Below are positions 31,028-41,002 of a DNA stretch of 64,000 nucleotides, one piece after another; position 1 is the first letter of the stretch, and every line of letters starts with the position of its first letter. This DNA is from an uncultured Verrucomicrobiae bacterium. Lineage in GTDB: Bacteria; Verrucomicrobiota; Verrucomicrobiia; Chthoniobacterales; JAFAMB01. The notes under the pieces were generated by a model. That model had not been told where the DNA came from and did no database searches. It worked only from the letters and a program-made list of their open reading frames with translations. A program made the translations under genes and the position numbers. The stretch is taken from assembly GCA_963837955.1 (NCBI GenBank), contig CAWIPH010000001.1:320001-384000 (forward strand), given 5' to 3'.

Positions 31028-31519
31028 GTTTCGAGTCTGGGTAACACATTTGTGTCACTATTGAGGTGACACTGTGTGTCATAATTTGAGTGACACTTGT
31101 GAGCAGAGAGAGCGTGCTTTGGTGGGCAGGCGGAAACCCCCAAGAACAAGGCTTAGACTGCTTTGAGCGGTTCTCTGGATGGAGCGTGCAACGTTTTGGG
31201 GTTGATTGGAGGGAGCGAGGAACGAGCGAATGAAGATCGAACGCAAATGTGGTTATCTCCTGGCGCGAAACCGCTCCAGATCAAGCTCGAAACGGAATAA
31301 ATGGAGGGGACCTGCCGAAGGCGGGGGGCCGCCGGTTATGCCGGATTTGAGCTTGATCTGGAGTGGCGCAGCGCCCGCCAGGGATAGCGTACCAAGAGCC
31401 TCCAAGACCAGACGCAGAACTCCAGGCCCTGTTACCTTTTCTCTGACACACCCCGTGGCTTTTTCGCCTTCCAAGTGTCACCCAATTAGTGACACAAAAG
31501 TGTCACCCAAATGTGAAAC
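31028..31519. mobile_element. MITE with ~48-bp imperfect TIRs built from GTGTCAC/GTGACAC units
   Basis: GTTTCGAGTCTGGGTAACACATTTGTGTCACTATTGAGGTGACACT vs. reverse complement of 31472-31519, GTTTCACATTTGGGTGACACTTTTGTGTCACTAATTGGGTGACACTTG. No transposase inside. Confidence 0.7.
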
Positions 31520-31947
31520 CGGACCTCCTAGCGCCCCTTCGGGGCAGGAGAACCGGGCATCGCACTTACGTTGACGCGCAGGCACGGAATGCGTAGCCTC
31601 GGCCGCTTCGCCAAGCCTTCCGACTTCGCCAATTCGTCAACCGTGGCTTGAAAACATCGGGAAGCGCCTTCGTCGGACAAGCCGGCGAGATACACATGCT
31701 TAATCACTGAGCGACACACCCTACCTCCAAAAGGAGAACGGCCAAACGCAGGCATTTGGCCGTCCCAAGCGTCTCTTTAGCTTCTAAGCCTCGATGAATA
31801 GCCGAACAAATTTCTCGGCGCTCCATTCTGCGCCAAGTCATCCATAGGATCAGCTAACGTTGCCCTTCTTGCTAACGTTCATGACTGCTTGGAGAGCCAT
31901 TGAGACGAGTCTCTCGACTGGGCGAAATGTAACGAGACTCGAACAAA

Positions 31948-34900
31948 TTAGGCAAGCGCAGGTTGCAGTTTTCTTTCCTCTGTATCCGGAGTCTCACCTC
32001 GTCGCTCCCGATCTTTCGAGTGATTTTTGGCCAAGAGGAGATAGATGGCCGGCACAACAAATAACGTAAAAAACGTGCCAATGACCATGCCAGGCACGAG
32101 CACTCGACCAATACTATTCCTTGCTCCAGCGCCCGGGCCGGTAACGAACATCAGAAGAAAGTGACCGGAGACGGTCGCCACCGAAGTCATCAATATCGGG
32201 CGAAGCCGAGTACCGCAGGCCTCGACAATCGCGTGCAGCTTATCCTTTCCCAGTTCTTGCAGCTTGTTGGCGAATTCAACGATCAATATCCCGTTCTTTG
32301 AGACCAGTCCTACCAGAGTAATCAGTCCGACTTGACTATAGATGTTGATGCTGGTGAAGCCCAAGAAAGCCATAGACAACGCACCGACTAAGCCAAGTGG
32401 AACCGAGCCGAGTAAGATAATGAATGGGTCGCGGAAGCTTTCAAACTGTGCGGCCAGCACCAAATAAATCACGATGAGCGAAAGAATCATCGTCGGAACA
32501 AAAGCGTTTCCTTCCTTTCGCAGCTGCCGTGACTCGTCCGCATAATCGATGGTATAGCCACGCGGCAAAATCTTCGCGGCCTCGTCTTCCAAGACCTTGA
32601 GCGAGTCGTCGATCGTAGCGCCAAAGCCATTAGCCCCCGAAATCGTAAACGAGTTGAGCTGCTGGAAATGATTCAACGTTTCGGGCTGCACCTCCCGTTC
32701 GAGGTGAGCGATCGTCGAAAGCTGGATTTGCGTGCCGTTTGGTCCGCTGACGTACCGGTTAACCAGATCCGTAGGTGTCAACCGCTCCACTCGCTTCAGT
32801 TGAGGAATTACCTGATAGCTTCGGCCCTGAATACTGAAGTAGTTCACATATCCACTACTGAGTAATGTCGTAAGATCGCCACCAACCTGCTGCAGGTTAA
32901 GACCCATCGCCGCGACTTTATCGCGGTCGAATACGATGCGGGTTTGCGGCTGATCATATTTCAAATCGGAATCAGCGAAAAAGAACTTTCCACTTTTATT
33001 GGCGGCAATGAGAAGCTGATTTGAGAACTCAAGCATCTCCCGCGGTTCCGCCGTAGACTTGACCACCATCTCGACCGGAAAGTTACCGCCACCAGGAAGA
33101 GCCGGAGGAAGCGTCGCCAGAACATTCACGCCAGGGATCAGCGCCATCTTTTTACTCACTTCACCCAATACTTGCGCCATAGTCCGATTGCGCTGTTTCC
33201 ATGGTTTCGCCACCAAGCCGGAAAACCCTGGACCAGGAATCGGAGTAACCTGGAAGGTTTGCGCGGTTTCCGGAAAACTCTTGAAGATGTCGTTCACTTC
33301 CCGCGCGAAAAGCATGGTCTGATCCAGAGTAGCATCGGGCGCTGATTGGACGATGCCGAAGACGACTCCTTGATCTTCCTTCGGTGCGAGTTCGTGTTGG
33401 GACATCACCCAGAAGGCGAGAATCAATGGCGACACGAGTAGCGCGAAAATAATGACCACGGGATAGACGGTTAATAGTCCGGAAAGGACCCGCGTATAAC
33501 CGCGCCGCAAAGAATCGAATCTGCGCGTAATCCAGCCGGCCAGGCCGCGTTCCGAAAAGCCCGGCTTTAGCAGCCGGGATGCGAGCATCGGCGATAAGGT
33601 AAGAGCGACAAATCCGGAAACCACTACCGCGCCGGCCAAGGTAAACGCAAATTCGCGAAACAAGGTTCCAGTCAAGCCGCCCTGAATACCGATTGGCGCG
33701 TAGACCGCCGCCAAAGTAATCGTCATTGCGATGATCGGGCCGAACAGTTCACGGGCTCCTTTGAGCGCTGCGGCAGTCGGAGCCATGCCTTCCTGGATAT
33801 GGCGCTCCACGTTCTCCACCACAACGATCGCGTCATCTACAACTAAACCGACAGCGAGAACGATGGCCAACAAAGTCAGCAAGTTTAGTGTGAAGCCGAA
33901 GAGCAGCATGAGGAAGATTGCACCGATCAGCGACACTGGGATTGCGAGGATGGGTGCGATGACAGCGCGCAGCGAACCCATGAAAAGGAAAATGACAATC
34001 ATGACGATGCAGAGCGTCTCGATCAACGTCTCGGTCACGTCATGGATAGCGCTGCTTATGTACTCCGTAGAGTCGTACGGGATATCCAGTTCCATACCCG
34101 CCGGGAGTTGTTTCTGGATCTCCGGCAATGCCGCTCGCACCCCTTTCACCACGTCGAGAGCATTAGCTGTCGGCAAGACGAAGATACCCATGAACGTCGC
34201 TGTATTGCCCGAGAAGCGGACATCGGAGTCATAGCTTTGGGCCCCGAGCTCGATATCGGCCACATCGCGCAGCCGAACAATCGCGCCGTTAGACTGCTTG
34301 ATCGCTAACTGTTTGAAGTCCTCAACCGATTGCAGGTCGGTATTAGCGACGAGATTGATCGATGTCATCGACCCTTTCGTCTGACCGACAGCGGAAAGAT
34401 AGTTATTCGCTTGGAGAATGCTTTGAATCTGGCTTGGCGAGACATTCAGAGCTGCCATCCGGTCTGATTTCAGCCAAATCCGCATCGCGAAGACGCGAGC
34501 TCCGAGAATCTCTGCATCCTGCACCCCGTTGACGGCCGACAATTTCGGTTGCACTACCCGCGTGAGATAGTCAGTGATCTGATTCCTATCCAAGTCCTTG
34601 GAATAGAAACTCAGGTACATTGATGCGAATTGATTATCGACTGAGGTAATCTGGATAACTGGCAGCTGAGAAGCAGGCGGAAGCTGGTTACGGACCTGGT
34701 TGACCTTAGTCTGCACTTGGGTCATCGCCGCATTTGGATCGTAATTCAGCTTGAGGTGTACGCTGATTACACTCGTTCCGAGGTAGCTCTCAGAGGACAT
34801 ATAGTCGATGCCCTCAGCACTCGCGATCGATTGCTCAAGCGGAGTCGTGATGAAGCCGCGTACCAGATCAGCGTCGGCGCCGTAATACGCCGTAGTAACT

Positions 34901-35037
34901 TTGATAACAGAGATATCGCTTTTCGGATACTGGCGAACATTCAGACTATGGAGCGCCTGATATCCGCCGAGAATGATCAGAATGTTGACTACCCACGCAA
35001 GAACGGGTCGTCGAATGAATATGTCCGTAAAGTTCAT
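31948..35037 (-). CDS. RND efflux permease (AcrB/MexI-like)
   Basis: FIRRPV, GLVVDDAIVVVENV, KNGILIVEF, RLRPILMT. Confidence 0.96.
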   Translation of the reverse strand: MNFTDIFIRRPVLAWVVNILIILGGYQALHSLNVRQYPKSDISVIKVTTAYYGADADLVRGFITTPLEQSIASAEGIDYMSSESYLGTSVISVHLKLNYDPNAAMTQVQTKVNQVRNQLPPASQLPVIQITSVDNQFASMYLSFYSKDLDRNQITDYLTRVVQPKLSAVNGVQDAEILGARVFAMRIWLKSDRMAALNVSPSQIQSILQANNYLSAVGQTKGSMTSINLVANTDLQSVEDFKQLAIKQSNGAIVRLRDVADIELGAQSYDSDVRFSGNTATFMGIFVLPTANALDVVKGVRAALPEIQKQLPAGMELDIPYDSTEYISSAIHDVTETLIETLCIVMIVIFLFMGSLRAVIAPILAIPVSLIGAIFLMLLFGFTLNLLTLLAIVLAVGLVVDDAIVVVENVERHIQEGMAPTAAALKGARELFGPIIAMTITLAAVYAPIGIQGGLTGTLFREFAFTLAGAVVVSGFVALTLSPMLASRLLKPGFSERGLAGWITRRFDSLRRGYTRVLSGLLTVYPVVIIFALLVSPLILAFWVMSQHELAPKEDQGVVFGIVQSAPDATLDQTMLFAREVNDIFKSFPETAQTFQVTPIPGPGFSGLVAKPWKQRNRTMAQVLGEVSKKMALIPGVNVLATLPPALPGGGNFPVEMVVKSTAEPREMLEFSNQLLIAANKSGKFFFADSDLKYDQPQTRIVFDRDKVAAMGLNLQQVGGDLTTLLSSGYVNYFSIQGRSYQVIPQLKRVERLTPTDLVNRYVSGPNGTQIQLSTIAHLEREVQPETLNHFQQLNSFTISGANGFGATIDDSLKVLEDEAAKILPRGYTIDYADESRQLRKEGNAFVPTMILSLIVIYLVLAAQFESFRDPFIILLGSVPLGLVGALSMAFLGFTSINIYSQVGLITLVGLVSKNGILIVEFANKLQELGKDKLHAIVEACGTRLRPILMTSVATVSGHFLLMFVTGPGAGARNSIGRVLVPGMVIGTFFTLFVVPAIYLLLAKNHSKDRERRGETPDTEERKLQPALA

Positions 35038-35070
35038 CGGGTTGTCCTGGGTTGAGTCTCCTGAGAACGC

Positions 35071-36213
35071 TTAACTATCCGAGGGAGTTGGAGAGGTTTC
35101 GCTGCCTGGTGTAGATTTATTATTTACAATGATTGCTTCGCCACTTCTTAACCGAAAGACTCCGGAGGTAACAACCTCGTCTCCCGGCTTCAGACCGGAG
35201 ACGATGGCCGTAAGGTCGCCCTTGCTCTGCCCGAGCTTAACGAACTGCTCCTTAACGCCCTTGAATGTCTTGCCATCATCTGATTTCAAGTCAGATACGA
35301 TGAACACGGAATCACCGTACGGCGCATAATGAATGGACGAAGAGGGGATCGCAACCACCTCCTGAGCCTCGGGAAGCACTACCTTGACTTTGGCATACAT
35401 CCCCGGTCGCAGTTGGGTCTCGGAATTAGGCAAGGTAGCCTGGATCTGGACGTTCCGGGAATTTTGGTCCACCAGCGAATTGATTGCCGTGACTTTTCCG
35501 GGGAAGACTTTGTCTCCGTAGGCGTCCATGTTAATCTCGACGGATTGACCCACGGTTAATTGACTTAGGTTCTGCTGCGGCAGACTGAAATTGACATAGA
35601 TCGGATCAAACGATTGCAAAGTGACCACCGCGTCTCCGGTGTTCAAGTACTGCCCCAAATTGATTTGTCGGATTCCGACAACCCCGGCAAACGGGGCTCG
35701 TAACGTTTTCCTGGCAATGAGCGCCTTGAATTGGTCGACGGTGGCTTTTGCTTGGCGAAACTGCGCATTCGCACTGTCAAAATCGGATTGCGAGACCGTC
35801 TTCTTTGCGACCAAATCCTGGTTTCGCGTGAGCGTGATTTGCGTCCAATCCCGATTGGCCTCCGCTTGAGCCAGCTGGGCTTGCTCCTGGTCAGTGTTCA
35901 ATTGAACTAGGAGATCACCCGCTTTCACCTGGCTCCCAGACTCGAATGCGATCTTACTCACGATTCCTGCCAAATCGGTGCTAATGGTTACCCCGTTTAT
36001 GGCAGTAATTGTGCCAATTGTCTCAAGAGTTGGTTGCCATTGGGATTTTTCCGCTACCGTGGTGGTGACTGCCGTAGGCGGCGGCAAAAATGCGCCCGAC
36101 TTCGCCATCGCAGCGAAGCCCATGATTTGGGTCACTTTGAAATAGGTGAGTCCGCCGTAGATTAGTCCGACGACCACTAACATCAGCAGGATTGTGACGA
36201 TGAATTTCTTCAT
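35071..36213 (-). CDS. RND periplasmic adaptor (MFP)
   Basis: N-terminal TM segment, LRAPFAGVVG, LRPGMYAKV, SGLKPGDEVVTSG. Start set at MKKFIV. Confidence 0.94.
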   Translation of the reverse strand: MKKFIVTILLMLVVVGLIYGGLTYFKVTQIMGFAAMAKSGAFLPPPTAVTTTVAEKSQWQPTLETIGTITAINGVTISTDLAGIVSKIAFESGSQVKAGDLLVQLNTDQEQAQLAQAEANRDWTQITLTRNQDLVAKKTVSQSDFDSANAQFRQAKATVDQFKALIARKTLRAPFAGVVGIRQINLGQYLNTGDAVVTLQSFDPIYVNFSLPQQNLSQLTVGQSVEINMDAYGDKVFPGKVTAINSLVDQNSRNVQIQATLPNSETQLRPGMYAKVKVVLPEAQEVVAIPSSSIHYAPYGDSVFIVSDLKSDDGKTFKGVKEQFVKLGQSKGDLTAIVSGLKPGDEVVTSGVFRLRSGEAIIVNNKSTPGSETSPTPSDS

Positions 36214-36227
36214 GGAGAACGAGGGGA

Positions 36228-36770
36228 TTAGGCCGCCTCGGAGGTCTGGTTGCCCACCGATCGGACCGTTGCGAGTTGATGTTGGATTTTTTCTAGCAGA
36301 TTGATCAGCAATTGGCGTTCCGGCTCGGTGAGCGGGCCAACCAACTCCGAAAACCAGTGGCAATAAGCAGGCCGGATTCGATCCAGCAGTCGCTGCCCTT
36401 CTTTGGTTAGATGCACCTGAACCTGGCGCCGATCCGCAGGATCAGCCTTTCGAACGACTAAACCGTCTCGTTCCATGCCATCCAAGAGCCCGCTCACAGT
36501 CGCGCGAGTCACTCCGGTGCATTCAGCGAGTTCTGCCGGACTAGGAGCCTCTTCACAGTGGCCGGCGATCATGAGAAGATTAAACCGACCCGGACGCACT
36601 CCTTGCGAAGCGAGAAACTGGTCATTTAACGAAAGCAGTTCATCACCCGTTTTCAGGAGATGCATCCACGTGAGGCACGCAGACGGATCGAGCTCCGTAT
36701 ACTGTCGCGATTCCTCCAACAACACGTCATAGTGTGGCAACTCTTTGATGATGGGCTCGCCGCGTGCCAT
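36228..36770 (-). CDS. MarR-family transcriptional regulator
   Basis: SPAELAE..VTRATVSGLLDGMERDGLV..DPADRR..LTKEG. Confidence 0.93.
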   Translation of the reverse strand: MARGEPIIKELPHYDVLLEESRQYTELDPSACLTWMHLLKTGDELLSLNDQFLASQGVRPGRFNLLMIAGHCEEAPSPAELAECTGVTRATVSGLLDGMERDGLVVRKADPADRRQVQVHLTKEGQRLLDRIRPAYCHWFSELVGPLTEPERQLLINLLEKIQHQLATVRSVGNQTSEAA

Positions 36771-36810
36771 AGTTAACTGCCTTAAGTATTAGGTTCCTAA
36801 CTGTTGTCAA
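36770..36810 (-). promoter_or_regulatory. Putative MarR operators and -35 box
   Basis: Minus-strand TTGACA (36805-36810) followed by the palindromes CAGTTAGGAACCTAATA and TACTTAAGGCAGTTAACTA, directly before the ATG. Confidence 0.6.
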
Positions 36811-36938
36811 GGGCGCAGCTGAAAATTTCTCAAAACAGCGCTTCCAGAACGCGGCTCAATACCGAGGGCGCAGAACGCCGCACCCCAGTCGTTAGCCCCC
36901 GGGACAACTGACGGAGAACACTGCGGGGGAAACGAAAG

Positions 36939-38789
36939 TTACACTTTTTCTAAATAAATACTCAAGAGCGCGATGTCGGCGGGTGTGATCCCACTGATCC
37001 GTCCGGCTTGTCCCAGAGTACCGGGACGAATTTTGTCGAACTTTTGCTTGGCTTCCGTGCGGAGTCCAAAGATATCGGCATAATCTACCCAGCCCGGGAT
37101 CGACTTCGATTCCGCACGTGCAGCCTTCAAGATCGTCTCTTCCTGCCGGCGGATGTACCCTTCATACTTCAAATCGGTTTCAACCTGATCCCAAACAGAT
37201 CGGTGAAAGCGTTTCGCCAGGTCATCAGGGAGCTCGGCGATAGTAAACTCCGGGCGCTTCAGCATCTGGTCTAACCGGACTCCTTGGTACCGGGTTGCGG
37301 TCGCCAATTCTTTTGCTTCTCGGATTTGGTTCAGGCGCGCACTTACCCGCTGAGACGAGCCGGCATCGATGAGCCCGATCGCATGGGCTTTCGGTGTTAA
37401 GCGCAGATCGGCATTATCCTGGCGCAGGAGCAATCGAAACTCAGCACGACTCGTAAACATCCGGTAAGGCTCCTGGGTCCCTTTGGTAACAAGGTCATCA
37501 ATCAGCACCCCGATATACGCCTCGCTTCGCTGCAAGGTGAAGATCGGCTTACCTAAGATCCTGAGAGCGGCATTAGCGCCGGCAATTAAGCCTTGAGCAG
37601 CTGCCTCTTCGTATCCGGAGGTTCCGTTGATTTGCCCTGCAAAGAAAAGGCCGGGAACCAGGCGCGTCTGGAGCGTTTGATCGAGCTGGGTCGGCGGACA
37701 ATAATCATATTCGACCGCGTACCCTGGACGCAGGATCTCCGCTTGCTCGAGGCCTGGAACCGATCGGATGAAAGCGTACTGGACCTCGAAAGGTAAACTG
37801 GTTGAAAGACCGTTTACGTATATTTCGCTGGTTTGCCGGCCTTCAGGCTCCAGGAACAATTGGTGCTGTGGCTTTTCGGCAAATCGCACCACCTTATCCT
37901 CGATCGACGGGCAGTAGCGCGGACCGACACCTTCAATTTTGCCCGAGTACATCGGCGAACGGCTAAGGTTTGCTCGGATGATTTCGTGGGTTTTTTCGGT
38001 CGTGTAGGTGATCCAGCAAGGAATTTGTTCCACGTGGAACATCCCGTCGATCCTTCGATTCAATGTAAACGGCTGGTCGAGCGCTTGGAAGTCGTCTTCG
38101 CGATATGAAAAGAGAGGAGGCGGCACATCTCCGTCCTGGCGTTCGCACCGGCTGAAATCGATCGAACGGGCGTTAAGCCGGCACGGCGTACCGGTCTTGA
38201 AGCGGCCCACCTCAAATCCGAGTTCCTTCAGGTTATCGCTAAGAGTCGAGACAGAATCGCCCATCCGTCCGCCGGCTTGATTCTGTTGCCCTACGTGCAG
38301 GAGTCCACGCATGAAGGTGCCTGTTGTTACCACCACGCTCTTGCCAAGGATGGTGAGACCCAGATTGGTCACGATTCCTTGGATCCCGTCTGAGGTTACC
38401 AGGAGTTTGGATACGTTGCCTTGCATGAGACGGAGACAAGGCACCGCTTCCAGCAAAGACTTCATGCGAAACTGGTACGCTTTCTTGTCGCATTGCGCTC
38501 TAGGTGCGCGGACGCTCGGTCCCTTATTCGCATTCAGCATGCGGAATTGGATCCCGGTAACATCGCTATTCTCCGCCATCATCCCGCCCAGCGCATCGAT
38601 CTCTCGGACCATATGACCCTTCGCTAAGCCTCCAATAGCGGGGTTACACGACATCTGACCGATCGTATCGAGATTCTGCGTCAGCATGAGCGTAGAGCAA
38701 CCGAGCCTCGCGGCGGCGGCGCTCGCTTCAATCCCGGCATGGCCGGCACCGATCACAATGACGTCAAACGTATGCGGGTAAGTCCACAT
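36939..38789 (-). CDS. mnmG: tRNA uridine-5-carboxymethylaminomethyl modification enzyme MnmG/GidA
   Basis: VIGAGHAG, MSCNPAIGG, FKTGTP, GPRYCPSIEDK, AGQINGTSGYEEAAAQG. Confidence 0.98.
   Translation of the reverse strand: MWTYPHTFDVIVIGAGHAGIEASAAAARLGCSTLMLTQNLDTIGQMSCNPAIGGLAKGHMVREIDALGGMMAENSDVTGIQFRMLNANKGPSVRAPRAQCDKKAYQFRMKSLLEAVPCLRLMQGNVSKLLVTSDGIQGIVTNLGLTILGKSVVVTTGTFMRGLLHVGQQNQAGGRMGDSVSTLSDNLKELGFEVGRFKTGTPCRLNARSIDFSRCERQDGDVPPPLFSYREDDFQALDQPFTLNRRIDGMFHVEQIPCWITYTTEKTHEIIRANLSRSPMYSGKIEGVGPRYCPSIEDKVVRFAEKPQHQLFLEPEGRQTSEIYVNGLSTSLPFEVQYAFIRSVPGLEQAEILRPGYAVEYDYCPPTQLDQTLQTRLVPGLFFAGQINGTSGYEEAAAQGLIAGANAALRILGKPIFTLQRSEAYIGVLIDDLVTKGTQEPYRMFTSRAEFRLLLRQDNADLRLTPKAHAIGLIDAGSSQRVSARLNQIREAKELATATRYQGVRLDQMLKRPEFTIAELPDDLAKRFHRSVWDQVETDLKYEGYIRRQEETILKAARAESKSIPGWVDYADIFGLRTEAKQKFDKIRPGTLGQAGRISGITPADIALLSIYLEKV
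38026..38041. promoter_or_regulatory. parS site inside mnmG
   Basis: Perfect palindrome TGTTCCACGTGGAACA matching the ParB parS consensus. Confidence 0.85.
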
Positions 38790-38874
38790 TCAGCAAAAGA
38801 GGGCACTGACTTTACTTCCGAAAACAGCGAATGCAACGGAGGCGTCCCTCTCCGAGCGATTCCGCGCATCCTGC

Positions 38875-38978
38875 CCCTGATCGGTAGGGCGAACGCTTTG
38901 CGTGAGCCGCTCAGGGGTTCCCCGGCTCAAATAAATTTTCGCCCTACCAACGATGTTCTGACTGCTCCCGAGGGGTTG
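38875..38978. repeat. GTAG REP doublet unit, copy 1 (others at 39093-39193 and 39703-39808)
   Basis: GGTAGGGCGAACGCTTTGCGTGAGCCG..CGGCTCAAATAAATTTTCGCCCTACC. Confidence 0.88.
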
Positions 38979-38982
38979 GAAT

Positions 38983-39193
38983 AGGTTCAGAACATAGGTA
39001 ACACTATTGGGCAGAAGAGCGCTAAGGGCGGCGTTCATGCCCTGGAAGCAGACTGAACCTATGGAACAGAGGTTACCGATGGATCGACACCCATTGATCG
39101 GTAGGGCGAACGCTTTGCGTGAGCCGCTCAGGGGTTCCCGGCTCAAATAAATTTTCGCCCTACCAACGCTGTTCTGGCTGCTCCCAGGGGTTG
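38983..39193 (+). mobile_element. IS481-like left-end remnant fused to a REP unit
   Basis: GAACATAGGTAACACT end motif, then ATG 39037 encoding MPWKQTEPMEQR (typical IS481-type N-terminus), truncated by the REP. Confidence 0.6.
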
Positions 39194-39434
39194 GAAAGCC
39201 AATCACTAATCACTTGTGATTGCAGTATCCGGCGTTTTGCCACACGTGTGCCCGGAATTTCTTCGAAACTTTGCGGAAAGTGGATAGCAAGAACGGACTC
39301 GATTCGGATAGGGTTTGGACGGGTTTCCGTTTACCCCCTCCTCGTCGCCGGCTAGCGCTGTGCCCCGCGGTCGTGGATGAACCGTACATTTGAACCGCTC
39401 AATCCCAATCACCATTTACCTACCGTTTCAACAA

Positions 39435-39450
39435 TGTTCCACGTGGAACT
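39435..39450. promoter_or_regulatory. parS site (15/16 match)
   Basis: TGTTCCACGTGGAACT. Confidence 0.8.
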
Positions 39451-39702
39451 TCGCTTACCTACCAAAATTTCGCGTGCCCGCTCACGGTTCTTCGCCGGTC
39501 CCCGTTGGGACCGACTCTGCACAGCACCACGGTCCGCGCCGGATTGCCTCGCCCTATCGGTCCGGGATGCATTTTCATTCCATCGAACAGATGTCCGGAG
39601 TTGGTCCCCCTATTCGGACATCCGTTGCCAGCATCCCGACCGGTAGGGCGCTTTCGGCCGCGGTCCAGGTGATTGGTGAGAAGTGATTGGTGATCGGGCT
39701 TA

Positions 39703-39915
39703 CAACCCCTCGGGAGCAGTCAGAACAGCGTTGGTAGGGCGAAAATTTATTTGAGCCGGGGGACCCCTGAGCGGCTCACGCAAAGCGTTCGCCCTACCGA
39801 TCAGGGGTGTCGATCCATCGGTAACTCTCTGCTCCATAGGTTCACTCTTCTTCCAGAGCATGAACGCCTCTCTTAGCGCTCTTCTGCCCAAAAGTGTTAC
39901 CTATGTTCTGAACCT
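39703..39915 (-). mobile_element. Inverted second copy of the IS481-end + REP unit
   Basis: Diverged reverse complement of 38983-39193; encodes MLWKKSEPMEQR. Confidence 0.6.
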
Positions 39916-40296
39916 GCCCCCTCTGTCTTTGCTACCTTCTGTTTAAAAACCTCTTTCCTTGTTCTGTTTACCTTCGTTAGCCGCTTATCAGGTTGATCTG
40001 GGAGGGATATGAACCTTGCCGCCGAAAATCCTCGCAAATTGGATGCTGTTTGAAGCTGCACCGTCCGGCTCGCCGAAATCCGAATTCTTGCCTTTCAAGC
40101 TCCGTCTAAGATTGCCGGCACTCCCAAAAAACTTTCAACCGCGACGAATCGGAACCTTGACATAGGCCCCTGTTCCAGCGATCAAACGGCCGATTTCCCC
40201 TCCGAACTATCGAAAATCTCATCATTCACTCCGTTCCCCTTTTTCTTTCGCGTGACAATGGAAGCACTTTCCGGCACAATATCAGGGACTACATCT

Positions 40297-40608
40297 ATGG
40301 CTAAGTCTCTGGACATCTCCCCAGTCAAGTCTTTCGCCGAAGAGGTAGAGATTCTACGCAAGTCATTTCGGGCCTGCTTGGATGTTTACACGCAGCGTTT
40401 AGAAACCGAGCTCAAGGAAATCAAAGATGCTGCCCTGGCTCAAAGTAACGGGTCGCAGATGCCGGCCAGCAAGATCCGCGACCTTCGCGACATGATCACC
40501 CTCTGCCGCACGCTGGACATCAAGCCGGAAAAAGGCCGTCGAAAGGATCTGAAGAAAATCGATAGCCTGATCGACGACCTTCGTTTGATGATCGAAAACT
40601 GGCGCTGA
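40297..40608 (+). CDS. Small helical hypothetical protein
   Basis: Plausible coding ORF ending KPEKGRRKDLKKIDSLIDDL; start could be 40258. Confidence 0.7.
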   Translation: MAKSLDISPVKSFAEEVEILRKSFRACLDVYTQRLETELKEIKDAALAQSNGSQMPASKIRDLRDMITLCRTLDIKPEKGRRKDLKKIDSLIDDLRLMIENWR

Positions 40609-41002
40609 TTGAATTCCCATCGGCCTCCGCTTTTCACCTCTTCGATCGTTTTGAGAGTGCAAGTGCAAGCTACCGTAGCCCGGCGAAGGTGGCCCAGGCA
40701 TCGTCGCGCTAAAACAAGCGTTAGCAAAGCAACCCGCCGCAAAGGTTCGCGTCTGTCCGAAATACCCTTGAGGCAGCATCCCCAGCTCTGCACACACCGA
40801 CGCCCGATACCGCTTGTTCATACCGTCGAAATCTCATTCCGTAGGCGAGTTCCAGCATCCTCCAAAATCACAACTGCTCGTCCGCCGCATCCTTTCGAGT
40901 CTATAACATCTTTTTGTGCAGTTCTATAAACTTTTCTGAGTCATCATTGATTTTTCAATTCACTTTGATTTCGTTACAGGGTCGTCTATCTATTTCGCGG
41001 CC

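Noticed and set aside
38790..39915. Possible CRISPR array or small ORFs in the repeats
   Set aside because: Units are ~100-210 bp, partly inverted, with no regular spacers and no cas genes; the ORFs are repeat translations.
39000..41000. GC-skew switch near mnmG
   Set aside because: Spot counts by eye were inconsistent; a computed cumulative skew is needed.
40609..41002. Riboswitch upstream of the DUF6580-like gene
   Set aside because: No cobalamin, TPP, FMN or SAM consensus recognised by eye; an Rfam scan would be needed.
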